A stretch of 64,000 nucleotides of DNA from an uncultured Eubacteriaceae bacterium (GCA_964533615.1 CAZHMK010000008.1:56128-120127); one strand, 5' to 3'; counted from the first letter of the stretch, positions 1 to 7,992 are shown. The notes: generated by a model from the sequence alone, not told the origin. Numbers and translations: made by a program.

Positions 1-517
1 CTCCTTTCGAGATCGCATTGACGGATTTCTCTATAAATTCCTCACGGGGCGGCACGATCCCGGAAGGCGCAATCAGTATAAGTTTGCTTATTCTCTCGGA
101 AAACGCGGCCGCAAATTTCAGCGCCATCCAGCCGCCTAATGAATTCCCTATTAGAATCACCTTATCGATTTCAAGCGTATCCAGTATCTCTTTTATCCAA
201 AACGCATACGCATCTGTTGATAACTCAAGCCGAACTTCATCGCTGTTTCCCGCTTCCCCAATGATGTCGACGGCAAATACATGAAAATTTTTGGATAACT
301 CTGTCATCTCGGCAACCCAAAATGCGCTGTTGCTGCATGAACCGTGAAGCAACACAACCACAGGGTTTTTACCCTCTCCCGCTTCAAGCAAAAAAGTATT
401 TCCATAGGTTGTTGATATATACTGCTGTTTAAACGCAAAGAAGCTCAATACCTGATTATAGTATGCACGTATCTTATCTCTTCCTTCATCTGATTTAAAA
501 ACTTTCTTTGTATTCAC
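1..517 (-). CDS. Alpha/beta hydrolase fold protein (partial, runs off window start)
   Basis: Hand translation from GTG at 517: open frame to base 1 with VVLLHGSCSNS (oxyanion-hole region), VFAVDIIGEAGNS and the nucleophile elbow GNSLGG. Not in the ORF track because its stop is outside the window. Confidence 0.85.
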   Translation of the reverse strand, partial: MNTKKVFKSDEGRDKIRAYYNQVLSFFAFKQQYISTTYGNTFLLEAGEGKNPVVVLLHGSCSNSAFWVAEMTELSKNFHVFAVDIIGEAGNSDEVRLELSTDAYAFWIKEILDTLEIDKVILIGNSLGGWMALKFAAAFSERISKLILIAPSGIVPPREEFIEKSVNAISKG

Positions 518-520
518 TGT

Positions 521-982
521 TCATTGCTCCTCTTCAAAATGATCTGTAAGCGCTTCGATCGACTGCAGCATTGCCACTGTAAATGAGATGTTCCCCCACA
601 GCGTAACACGCACTCTCCCTTCCACTTCTGTTTCTATAAACTGGGTATACATCGTTGAATTACCGTATTCCGGCGGTTTCACATTGAGCACCGCTGAGAG
701 CGTATTCATGATTCGTATTGCCTCATCTCTGCTTGTAACATTAATATCCGCCACGCAGGATACGTTTACTTTTTCTTTTTGTCCTGCAGACCACTGCGCA
801 TTTTCTGATGTTTTATTCTTTGCATTTTCCGCAAAGGCACTCAAGTCGTGACCGCTGACGCGCCAGCTTTTACCGATCTTGCTTGCGCTGATTTTCCCTT
901 CCCTTATATATCGCTGAACGGTTTTTGGGTGGATATCCAAAAGCCTGGAAATCTGCTCTACCGTATAATACTGTTTCGCCAT
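521..982 (-). CDS. Excisionase-like / HTH_17 (BldC/Xis-type) DNA-binding protein with C-terminal domain
   Basis: N-terminus YYTVEQISRLLDIHPKTVQRYIREGKISASKIGKSWRV is a typical MerR-like/HTH_17 motif. AGGAG RBS upstream. Confidence 0.8.
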   Translation of the reverse strand: MAKQYYTVEQISRLLDIHPKTVQRYIREGKISASKIGKSWRVSGHDLSAFAENAKNKTSENAQWSAGQKEKVNVSCVADINVTSRDEAIRIMNTLSAVLNVKPPEYGNSTMYTQFIETEVEGRVRVTLWGNISFTVAMLQSIEALTDHFEEEQ

Positions 983-1011
983 TTTTACTCCTTATTATTT
1001 CCTTTTTAGGA

Positions 1012-1040
1012 ATTATAAGTAATAATAAGTAATATGTCAA
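1012..1040 (-). promoter_or_regulatory. Consensus sigma-A promoter for HTH_17/hydrolase operon
   Basis: Minus strand TTGACA (1040-1035), 17 bp, TATAAT (1017-1012). The spacer contains the direct repeat TATTACTTA x2. Confidence 0.85.
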
Positions 1041-1053
1041 GACTTTTATAAGA

Positions 1054-1093
1054 ATAAAATAAGAACCGATTATTCAATCGGTTCTTATTTTAT
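1054..1093. terminator. Intrinsic terminator at end of hyd operon (bidirectional-type)
   Basis: Perfect 18-bp inverted repeat ATAAAATAAGAACCGATT-ATTC-AATCGGTTCTTATTTTAT just past the aspA stop. Confidence 0.85.
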
Positions 1094-1108
1094 GAGTATG
1101 ATCGATGA

Positions 1109-2440
1109 CTATGATTCTTTATCTTGAATATAGTTTTTAAGTGCTTCTTTGATTTTTTCCGCATTACCACTGTTTTCTTCTATGATATCGCATACCTTAT
1201 CGTATCCCAAATCAACCGTATACGCAGTTGCAAACGCATAAGATTCATCGAGCAGTTGCCGACATCGCTCTTCATTGGCTTCAATGACATCCACACATTT
1301 GATTTTAAAAATCTCTACCGTTTTATCGAGCAGTGAGAGGCTTTCAAGCAGGCTGTCTGCAATCAACGGCAAAAATGCGTTGAGTTCAAATTCCCCGTTG
1401 GAAGCCGCCATCGTAATAGCAGAGTCATTGGCCATGACTTTCAGCGCCACCTGCACCACCATCTCGGGGATCACGGGGTTTACCTTACCAGGCATAATGG
1501 TGCTGCCGATCTGCATAGGTGCGAGTTTTATTTCCGCAAGCCCGCCGTGAGGTCCCGAATTCATGAACCGCAGGTCATTGGCTATTTTCATCAAATTCAC
1601 CGCAAGTGCTTTTAAAAGCCCTGATACTTCCACAAAAACATCATTATTCTGCGTAATATCCATCGGGTATTCCGCAACCGCAAGACCGATATTTGTTATC
1701 CGGCGAAGCTGCTCGATTACTTCAAAGCGATATTTTCGCTCCGCATTATTGGCAAGGCCCACCGCTGTGCCACCTATGTTTACCTGTCTGAGCCGCTCTT
1801 CTACTTTGTAGAGCCTCCAACGATCACGCGCGATGGCCTGGGCGAAAGAACCAAATTCTGATCCAAGCGTAATCGGAACGGCATCCATCAATTCGGTGCG
1901 GCCGAGTTTCTTGATATCGTCAAACTCGTTTTCTTTAATTTGCAATGACTGCTGTAATTTCGCGCAGCCTTCGCTTAAAGAGCGAAGCAGTTCAATAGCT
2001 GCAATGCGCAGCGCCGTGGGATATACGTCATTTGTAGACTGCCCCCGATTGACATCGTCAAGCGGGTGGATGATGTCATACTCTCCGCTTTTTTCCCCGA
2101 GCTTTTTCAAAGCGAGATTAGCAATGACCTCATTGACATTCATATTCGTTGAGGTACCCGCCCCTCCTTGAAGCGCATCAACGATAAAGGCTTCATCTTC
2201 TTTTCCTGACAGGATAGTGCTGCATGCATCTGCAATCGCTTCAAATTTTTCTTTTCTGATGCCAAGTTTTATATAAGTAAGTGCCGCAGCTTTTTTTATT
2301 TTTACGATTGAATATATAAGCCGCAGATTCGTTTTTTTGTATCCAAGCGAAAAATTTTCTTTTGCTCTTGCACTCTGTAGCCCGTATAATATATCATCCT
2401 CAAGCGAGATTTGCCCGAGTCTGTCTTTTTCGGTACGCAT
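1109..2440 (-). CDS. aspA: Aspartate ammonia-lyase-like protein (fumarase/aspartase superfamily), hyd-operon associated
   Basis: QGGAGTSTNMNVNEV, GQSTNDVYPT and GSTIMPGKVNP signature motifs. Abuts hydF. Confidence 0.85.
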   Translation of the reverse strand: MRTEKDRLGQISLEDDILYGLQSARAKENFSLGYKKTNLRLIYSIVKIKKAAALTYIKLGIRKEKFEAIADACSTILSGKEDEAFIVDALQGGAGTSTNMNVNEVIANLALKKLGEKSGEYDIIHPLDDVNRGQSTNDVYPTALRIAAIELLRSLSEGCAKLQQSLQIKENEFDDIKKLGRTELMDAVPITLGSEFGSFAQAIARDRWRLYKVEERLRQVNIGGTAVGLANNAERKYRFEVIEQLRRITNIGLAVAEYPMDITQNNDVFVEVSGLLKALAVNLMKIANDLRFMNSGPHGGLAEIKLAPMQIGSTIMPGKVNPVIPEMVVQVALKVMANDSAITMAASNGEFELNAFLPLIADSLLESLSLLDKTVEIFKIKCVDVIEANEERCRQLLDESYAFATAYTVDLGYDKVCDIIEENSGNAEKIKEALKNYIQDKES

Positions 2441-3649
2441 TTAATTATCCTCTAACTCCATTAAAATATGCGGAAACGCCTCAAGGCTTCTCCTTAGTAT
2501 TCCCTGCATATACGCAATGATAATGCCATAATTTGTAATCGGAACATCTTGGTCCATGGCGCATTTTTGACGGTATTTCATTTCCCGCTCCGTTAACATA
2601 CAGCCGCCGCAATGAATAATTAATTGATACTTGCCCAGTTCATCGGGGAACTCGGTACCGGATGAAAATTCAAAATTAAATTGCTTTGATGTATAATTCT
2701 TGATCCATCTTGGCAGTTTCACACGGCCTATATCATCACATTGACGATGATGGGTGCAGCCTTCCGAAATAAGGATGGTGTCATGCTCATGAAGCTTATC
2801 CAGCGCGGCCGCTCCCTTGACGGCCTGCTCCAAAAATCCTTTATATCTTGCGAAAAGGATTGAAAAAGAAGTGAGCAGTATATCTTTCGGCGTATCCGCA
2901 GACACCTTCGCAAAAACCTGACTGTCGGTGATCACGATTTTCGGTTTTTTGCCCAGGTTTTCAAGTGTCTCTTTCAACTCATATTCTTTTACAACCACTG
3001 CCGTGGCATCTGCTTCCAGGATATCGCGGATCGTCTGCTGCTGAGGCAAAATGAGCCTACCCTTCGGTGCCGCTTTATCGATGGGCACCACAAGCACAAC
3101 AAAATCGGAAGGGCCGATAATATCCGCAACGATTTTCAATTTCACATCATCTGCGGGGACCAATGACGCTATTTTTTCTTTTAACTGTTCAATATTTGTT
3201 TTATTTTTGGCACTGACATATATCTCATGTTCATCGGTCTGTGTTACCTCATTAAGTAAATCGGATTTATTAAACACTATCATATAATTGATATCCTTTT
3301 GTTCAAAAAGTTTTATCAATTCTTCATCGGCCTGCGTTTTCCCGACAGAAGCGTCAATTACAAGCACCGCCACATCTGTTTTGTTGAGTACCTGCTTTGT
3401 TTTCCTGATCCTAAGCTCCCCGAGCGCTCCTTCATCATCGCTTCCAGGCGTATCAATAATCATCACAGGCCCCATAGGCAGCAGTTCCATTGATTTGTAA
3501 ACCGGATCTGTGGTTGTGCCCTTCACATCGGACACTACAGCCAGATCCTGCCCCGTCACCGCATTGACCACACTTGATTTACCGGCATTTCTTCTGCCAA
3601 AGAACCCGATATGTATGCGGTTTGCCGAAGGTGTTGTATTCAGCCCCAT
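2441..3649 (-). CDS. hydF: [FeFe]-hydrogenase H-cluster maturation GTPase HydF
   Basis: GRRNAGKS (G1), GTTTDPV, DTPG, NKSD; C-terminal EGCTHH...HCGGC cluster motif. Confidence 0.95.
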   Translation of the reverse strand: MGLNTTPSANRIHIGFFGRRNAGKSSVVNAVTGQDLAVVSDVKGTTTDPVYKSMELLPMGPVMIIDTPGSDDEGALGELRIRKTKQVLNKTDVAVLVIDASVGKTQADEELIKLFEQKDINYMIVFNKSDLLNEVTQTDEHEIYVSAKNKTNIEQLKEKIASLVPADDVKLKIVADIIGPSDFVVLVVPIDKAAPKGRLILPQQQTIRDILEADATAVVVKEYELKETLENLGKKPKIVITDSQVFAKVSADTPKDILLTSFSILFARYKGFLEQAVKGAAALDKLHEHDTILISEGCTHHRQCDDIGRVKLPRWIKNYTSKQFNFEFSSGTEFPDELGKYQLIIHCGGCMLTEREMKYRQKCAMDQDVPITNYGIIIAYMQGILRRSLEAFPHILMELEDN

Positions 3650-3660
3650 TGTTCTCCCTC

Positions 3661-5079
3661 CTAAAATCTAAAATCTCTCTTGCCATATTCAATATCTTCA
3701 AGATGTTCTACAGCAACTTTCTTTCGTTTTTCGTTTGGTATATGTCTAACTTCCGCTTGAATCAAAGCTTCTCCGATCTCTTTCGTTTTTGGCGATGCAT
3801 AATCCTGCAGATATTCTTTTAATGTCATGAGTGCATTGGGATGACAGAAATTTTGTATTTGCCCACTTTTGCAAAAACTCATAAACCTGTCTCCTGTCCT
3901 ACCCTCTCTATAACAAGCCGTGCAAAAACTCGGAATATAGCCAAGCTCCATAAGCCATAAGATGACCTCATCCAGCGTTCTTTTATCGCTGACATCAAAT
4001 TGTTCTGATATTTCATCTTCAGCTTCAGGCTCATCGTATCCGCCCACACTTGTCCTGGAGGCTCCGCTTATTTGCGATACGCCAAGTCCGATTACCTTTT
4101 CACGGCAGGCTTTGCTCTCTCTCGTAGAAATGATCATGCCTGTATACGGCACGGCAACACGTATACACGCCACTATTTTTGCGAAAATATCATCATCGAT
4201 GCCGTTATCAAAGACATTCGGATCAATGTCATCCGCATGTTTAATCCTCGGTACACTAATAGTGTGCGGACCTACTCCATGCGCCGCTTCCAAATGCTCG
4301 GCGTGCATGAGCAACGCTGCAAATTCATAGCGATAAAGTTCGAGTCCAAATAAAACTCCCAATCCCACATCATCAATACCCCCTTTCATGGCCCGATCCA
4401 TCGCTTCTGTGTGATAAGAATAGTTATGCTTCGGTCCTGTTGGATGAAGTTTTTCGTAGCTTTCTTTGTGATAGGTTTCCTGAAAAAGAATATAGGTGCC
4501 GATACCGGCCTCCTTGAGTTTTCTGTAATCTTCTACTGTTGTGGCCGCAATATTGACATTCACGCGCCTGATGGCACCGTTTTTATGCTTAATACTGTAA
4601 ATCGTATCGATACATTCCAAGATATATTCGATAGGATTATTGACGGGGTCTTCTCCCGCTTCGATTGCAAGCCGCTTATGCCCCATATCTTGCAGCGCGG
4701 TGACTTCCCTGACAATATCCTCCTGAGAAAGCTTTTTTCGCGTGATGTGTTTGTTTGTTGAATGATACGGACAGTAAACGCATCCGTTCACACAATAATT
4801 GGATAAATACAGCGGCGCAAACATAACGATGCGGTTGCCGTAAAAATCTTTTTTGATTTGATTGGCAAGTGCATATATTTCTTGATTTTTTTCTTCGATA
4901 TCACAATCAAGCAACACAGCCGCTTCTCTGTGAGAGAGTCCTTTTCTCAGTTTTGCCTTCTCGATAATGCTGTCGATAAGCTCTGCATTGTGTTTGTTCG
5001 CCTCGGCATATGCCAGTGTGTCAAGCACCTCTTCGTGGCTGATAAATTCCTCAGCTTTCATTGATTTTGAGTTATACAT
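3661..5079 (-). CDS. hydG: [FeFe]-hydrogenase H-cluster radical SAM maturase HydG
   Basis: CVNGCVYC radical SAM motif, plus C-terminal SFCTACYR...NFCHPN (CX2CX22C) auxiliary cluster motif. Confidence 0.95.
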   Translation of the reverse strand: MYNSKSMKAEEFISHEEVLDTLAYAEANKHNAELIDSIIEKAKLRKGLSHREAAVLLDCDIEEKNQEIYALANQIKKDFYGNRIVMFAPLYLSNYCVNGCVYCPYHSTNKHITRKKLSQEDIVREVTALQDMGHKRLAIEAGEDPVNNPIEYILECIDTIYSIKHKNGAIRRVNVNIAATTVEDYRKLKEAGIGTYILFQETYHKESYEKLHPTGPKHNYSYHTEAMDRAMKGGIDDVGLGVLFGLELYRYEFAALLMHAEHLEAAHGVGPHTISVPRIKHADDIDPNVFDNGIDDDIFAKIVACIRVAVPYTGMIISTRESKACREKVIGLGVSQISGASRTSVGGYDEPEAEDEISEQFDVSDKRTLDEVILWLMELGYIPSFCTACYREGRTGDRFMSFCKSGQIQNFCHPNALMTLKEYLQDYASPKTKEIGEALIQAEVRHIPNEKRKKVAVEHLEDIEYGKRDFRF

Positions 5080-5132
5080 AAATAGTTCCTTTCTTTTGGG
5101 TCAGATAAATTCTTCCCCATTAGTTAAATTTC

Positions 5133-6191
5133 TTATTTTGATATATATTTATAGTCACCTCGGCTGACTACTAAATTATATCCAATTCGTCGCATTTGTT
5201 TTTTTAAATGGACATACCCTTCCGCCGCTTCATCCCCTGTACAAATTTTATCATTGTACAGCATATATTTCCCCCTCACATCCAGCGGTGATAAATTTGG
5301 CATCACCACATTTGCTCCCGCCAAAATGCCGTCCTGTCGCCCGTTTGAATCAATGGTGCTAAGCGCAGTCGTAGAAGGAAGCAGCACTGCAGGCAGCATC
5401 AGACGAATGATGGCAAGCAATTTTAGTGTTTGTCTGCATGAACCTGCATTTTTTTGTGCAAAAGGTGTCCGGCTATGCGGTATAAACGGGCCTATACCCA
5501 CCATATGGGGATCGAATTCCTTCATAAAATATAAATCGTTGATGATATGCTCTCTTGTCTGAAAAGGAGATCCCACCATAAACCCGCATCCCACCTGATA
5601 GCCGATCTCTTTTAAATGAAACAAGCATTCCATGCGCCGGCTCAGCAACATTGTATACGGATGCAGCTTGTGATAATGTTCAAAATTCGCAGTCTCATGA
5701 CGCAATAAATATCTGTCCGCTCCAGCATCAAAAAACATTTTATAGCTGTCATAGCTCCTCTCTCCGATAGACAGTGTAACGGCACAATCCGGATAATTTT
5801 TCTTAATGAACGAAATGATCACAACCATTCTCTCATCTGTAAAATATCCGTCCTCCCCACCCTGCAGCACAAAGGTACGAAATCCCAGTTCATAGCCGAT
5901 ACGGCAGCAATCAAGAATTTGCTTGCTGTTGAGTCTGTATCTTTGTGCATAGGTATTGCTTTTTTGAATCCCGCAGTAATAACAATCATTCCTGCAATAA
6001 TTTGTGAATTCAATAAGTCCGCGTATATAAATTTCATTGCCATATATGCTGTCTCTGACAGAGCGCGCCCGCTGAAAAAGATACTCTTCCGTCTCAGAGC
6101 ATTCGCACTCAAGCAGAGTAATCAATTCTTCTTTTGCCAGCAGTTTTTCTTGCTCTAATTTATCGATTAATTGTTTTACTTTATTTGTCAT
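5133..6191 (-). CDS. hydE: [FeFe]-hydrogenase H-cluster radical SAM maturase HydE
   Basis: RGLIEFTNYCRNDCYYCG, RYLLRHETA, GANVVMPNLSP. Start reassigned to ATG at 6191 (MTNKVK), overlapping the upstream gene's stop; the ORF-track start at 6296 lies inside TM1266. Confidence 0.92.
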   Translation of the reverse strand: MTNKVKQLIDKLEQEKLLAKEELITLLECECSETEEYLFQRARSVRDSIYGNEIYIRGLIEFTNYCRNDCYYCGIQKSNTYAQRYRLNSKQILDCCRIGYELGFRTFVLQGGEDGYFTDERMVVIISFIKKNYPDCAVTLSIGERSYDSYKMFFDAGADRYLLRHETANFEHYHKLHPYTMLLSRRMECLFHLKEIGYQVGCGFMVGSPFQTREHIINDLYFMKEFDPHMVGIGPFIPHSRTPFAQKNAGSCRQTLKLLAIIRLMLPAVLLPSTTALSTIDSNGRQDGILAGANVVMPNLSPLDVRGKYMLYNDKICTGDEAAEGYVHLKKQMRRIGYNLVVSRGDYKYISK

Positions 6192-6444
6192 GTGTTGTAT
6201 AAGTTTTAGAATATGCAGTTTTCGCGCTGATGCTCGGCAATTTACCGATTTTCCCTGATACCGCACTAATGATATCCTGCGGAGCATCAAGCACAATACT
6301 GATAATATTCACCTTTCTCCGGCGATAAGGCATGCTCATTCTGCCAATAATATATTGACTGTATTGATGCAGAATATAGTTTAACTTTTCAATTGAATTA
6401 TTGTTTTCAACAATAATTCCAATTACTGCAGCTCTTGTTTCCAT
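6181..6444 (-). CDS. TM1266 family iron-only hydrogenase system putative regulator (NikR C-terminal/ACT-like)
   Basis: 87 aa, METRAAVIGIIVE...IIGRMSMPY...IISIVLDAPQDIISAVSGKIGKLPSI; first gene of the hydEGF operon. Confidence 0.85.
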   Translation of the reverse strand: METRAAVIGIIVENNNSIEKLNYILHQYSQYIIGRMSMPYRRRKVNIISIVLDAPQDIISAVSGKIGKLPSISAKTAYSKTYTTHDK

Positions 6445-6462
6445 CTTTCAGCTTGATATCTG

Positions 6463-6603
6463 AAAATAAAAAATGCACCGTGAAAGGCGCAATCATACAT
6501 TACATTAATATATATCATTCATCGGCCTTTCACTCAGAAAATCTCTTTGTGTCAGTTATGAATATTTTTTTAACTTCACTGCAAGAAAATCTTACAGCTT
6601 AGT
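6463..6603 (-). promoter_or_regulatory. Putative attenuator/riboswitch-like leader of hyd maturation operon
   Basis: Terminator GCGCC-TTTCAC-GGTGC + ATTTTTTATTTT (6490-6463). Alternative helix GTGAAAGGC (6533-6525) / GCCTTTCAC (6488-6480). No match to a riboswitch class I recognise. Confidence 0.6.
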
Positions 6604-6609
6604 GTTAGT

Positions 6610-6638
6610 ATCATAACACAGGCGGCTAAAGAAATCAA
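6610..6638 (-). promoter_or_regulatory. Sigma-A-type promoter of hyd operon
   Basis: TTGATT (6638-6633), 17 bp, extended TGn-TATGAT (6615-6610). Confidence 0.65.
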
Positions 6639-6670
6639 TATTTATTGATAGAAATTTATCAATAAATATT
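6637..6670. promoter_or_regulatory. Perfect 14-bp inverted repeat abutting hyd promoter -35 (candidate operator)
   Basis: AATATTTATTGATA-GAAATT-TATCAATAAATATT. Confidence 0.5.
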
Positions 6671-6768
6671 TTCCTTGTTTTATCTTCTAATCTTGTCAAC
6701 TCATCTGTTTATTTGTCATGGTCTATATATTTATTACAATAATTAATTATATCTATAGGAGATATATT

Positions 6769-6865
6769 ATAAAAAAACATATTGATAACTATGATTCTTA
6801 TGCTTATCATTTTTATGACAGGATGCAACTCTCAACAAAATGAAATAAAAAAAAGCATGGAATAA
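6769..6865 (+). pseudogene. Degenerate lipoprotein gene remnant
   Basis: AGGAG RBS (6757-6761) followed by a broken start, then ILITMILMLIIFMTGCNSQQNEIKKSME-stop (hydrophobic signal + lipobox MTGC). Confidence 0.4.
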
Positions 6866-7104
6866 ATTAAATGAATCAAACATATCACATCACTATGATG
6901 ATAGGTAGTGCCATTTCATAGCAATTTATGAAAAAATAAAAAGAAATAGATTTACTTTAAATTCTTTAAAATAGTATGTTATAATAACAAAGAGAGATAT
7001 TCATTCTATTCCAAAAATTTATTTTACAGAAAACTATACTATGGATATTCTCTAAGGTTTTAAAGCCGAGAATTTAAAAATAATATGGTGATGGAGGTTT
7101 AATT

Positions 7105-7479
7105 ATGACTCAATTGAAACAAGTTTATAAGTGCCAAATTTGCGGCAATATTGTTGAAGTGCTTCATACAGGCGTTGGAGAATTGGTTTGTTGCGGACAG
7201 CCTATGAACTTACAAGTAGAAAATACTGTTGACGCTGCACTTGAAAAACATGTGCCGGTTATTGAAAAAATTGACGGCGGCGTACTCGTTAAAGTCGGAG
7301 AAATTCCACATCCAATGACAGATGCGCACTATATCGAATGGATAGAAATACATACTGCAAATAAAATTTATAGAGAATATTTAAATCCGGAAGATACGCC
7401 TGAAGCCAGATTTTATTTGGATGAAGAAGTTTTAATGGCGAGAGAATACTGTAATTTACATGGTTTGTGGAAAGCATAA
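7105..7479 (+). CDS. dfx: Desulfoferrodoxin (2Fe superoxide reductase)
   Basis: YKCQICGN...LVCCG centre I; EKHVP, HPM..HYIEWI and CNLHGLW centre II. Confidence 0.95.
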   Translation: MTQLKQVYKCQICGNIVEVLHTGVGELVCCGQPMNLQVENTVDAALEKHVPVIEKIDGGVLVKVGEIPHPMTDAHYIEWIEIHTANKIYREYLNPEDTPEARFYLDEEVLMAREYCNLHGLWKA

Positions 7480-7509
7480 AGATAAATAGATTTTAAGGAG
7501 GAACAATAA

Positions 7510-7818
7510 ATGCCAGAGTTTTCAGCACCATTTTCAGGTCTTGCAAAAGATCGCAAATTAACAGATGCCGAATTAATACGTTCTATTCGCTTCATGATTG
7601 CCGCCGAATATGAAGCCATTCAGCTTTATATGCAGCTTGCAGAATCAACAGATAACGAATTGGCCATTGAAGTTTTAAAAGACATCGCTGATGAAGAAAG
7701 AGTTCATGCAGGTGAATTTTTAAGACTTTTGAGAGAACTCGCTCCTGATGAAGAAGAATTCTACGCAGAAGGTGCGGAAGAAGTCGAAGAAGAAATAGAA
7801 AAATTACGCAAAAATTAA
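7510..7818 (+). CDS. Small ferritin-like protein (EncFtn/rubrerythrin-like half four-helix bundle)
   Basis: AAEYEAIQLY and DEERVHAGEF di-iron motifs; 102 aa. Confidence 0.8.
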   Translation: MPEFSAPFSGLAKDRKLTDAELIRSIRFMIAAEYEAIQLYMQLAESTDNELAIEVLKDIADEERVHAGEFLRLLRELAPDEEEFYAEGAEEVEEEIEKLRKN

Positions 7819-7839
7819 AAATTGTTTTAAAAAATTAAT

Positions 7840-7903
7840 AACTTCTCTATGCAGTGTATATTCACGTTATGAGTGGATAACATGTGTATTGAGAAGTTTT
7901 TTT
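7840..7903 (+). terminator. Long imperfect hairpin terminator after dfx-ferritin operon
   Basis: AACTTCTC...GAGAAGTT outer stem with further nested pairing, followed by a T run. Confidence 0.65.
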
Positions 7904-7961
7904 GTTTGCATTAAAATATTTTACTATTGTAAATGTTAATAAGATATGCTATACTTCAAAT

Positions 7962-7978
7962 TTGATAGTCACTATCAA
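7962..7978. promoter_or_regulatory. Fur/Zur-type operator upstream of regulator-ABC operon
   Basis: Perfect 8-1-8 palindrome TTGATAGT-C-ACTATCAA immediately upstream of the RBS; resembles the Fur-family TGATAAT-n-ATTATCA box. Confidence 0.7.
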
Positions 7979-7992
7979 TTTGGAGTTTTACT

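Noticed and set aside
6520-6560. AGAGA...GAGTGAAAG in the hyd leader looked like T-box stem I or a hammerhead core
   Set aside because: No GGTGGxACCGCG T-box sequence and no specifier loop; CTGAGTGA does not fit the CUGANGA hammerhead core.
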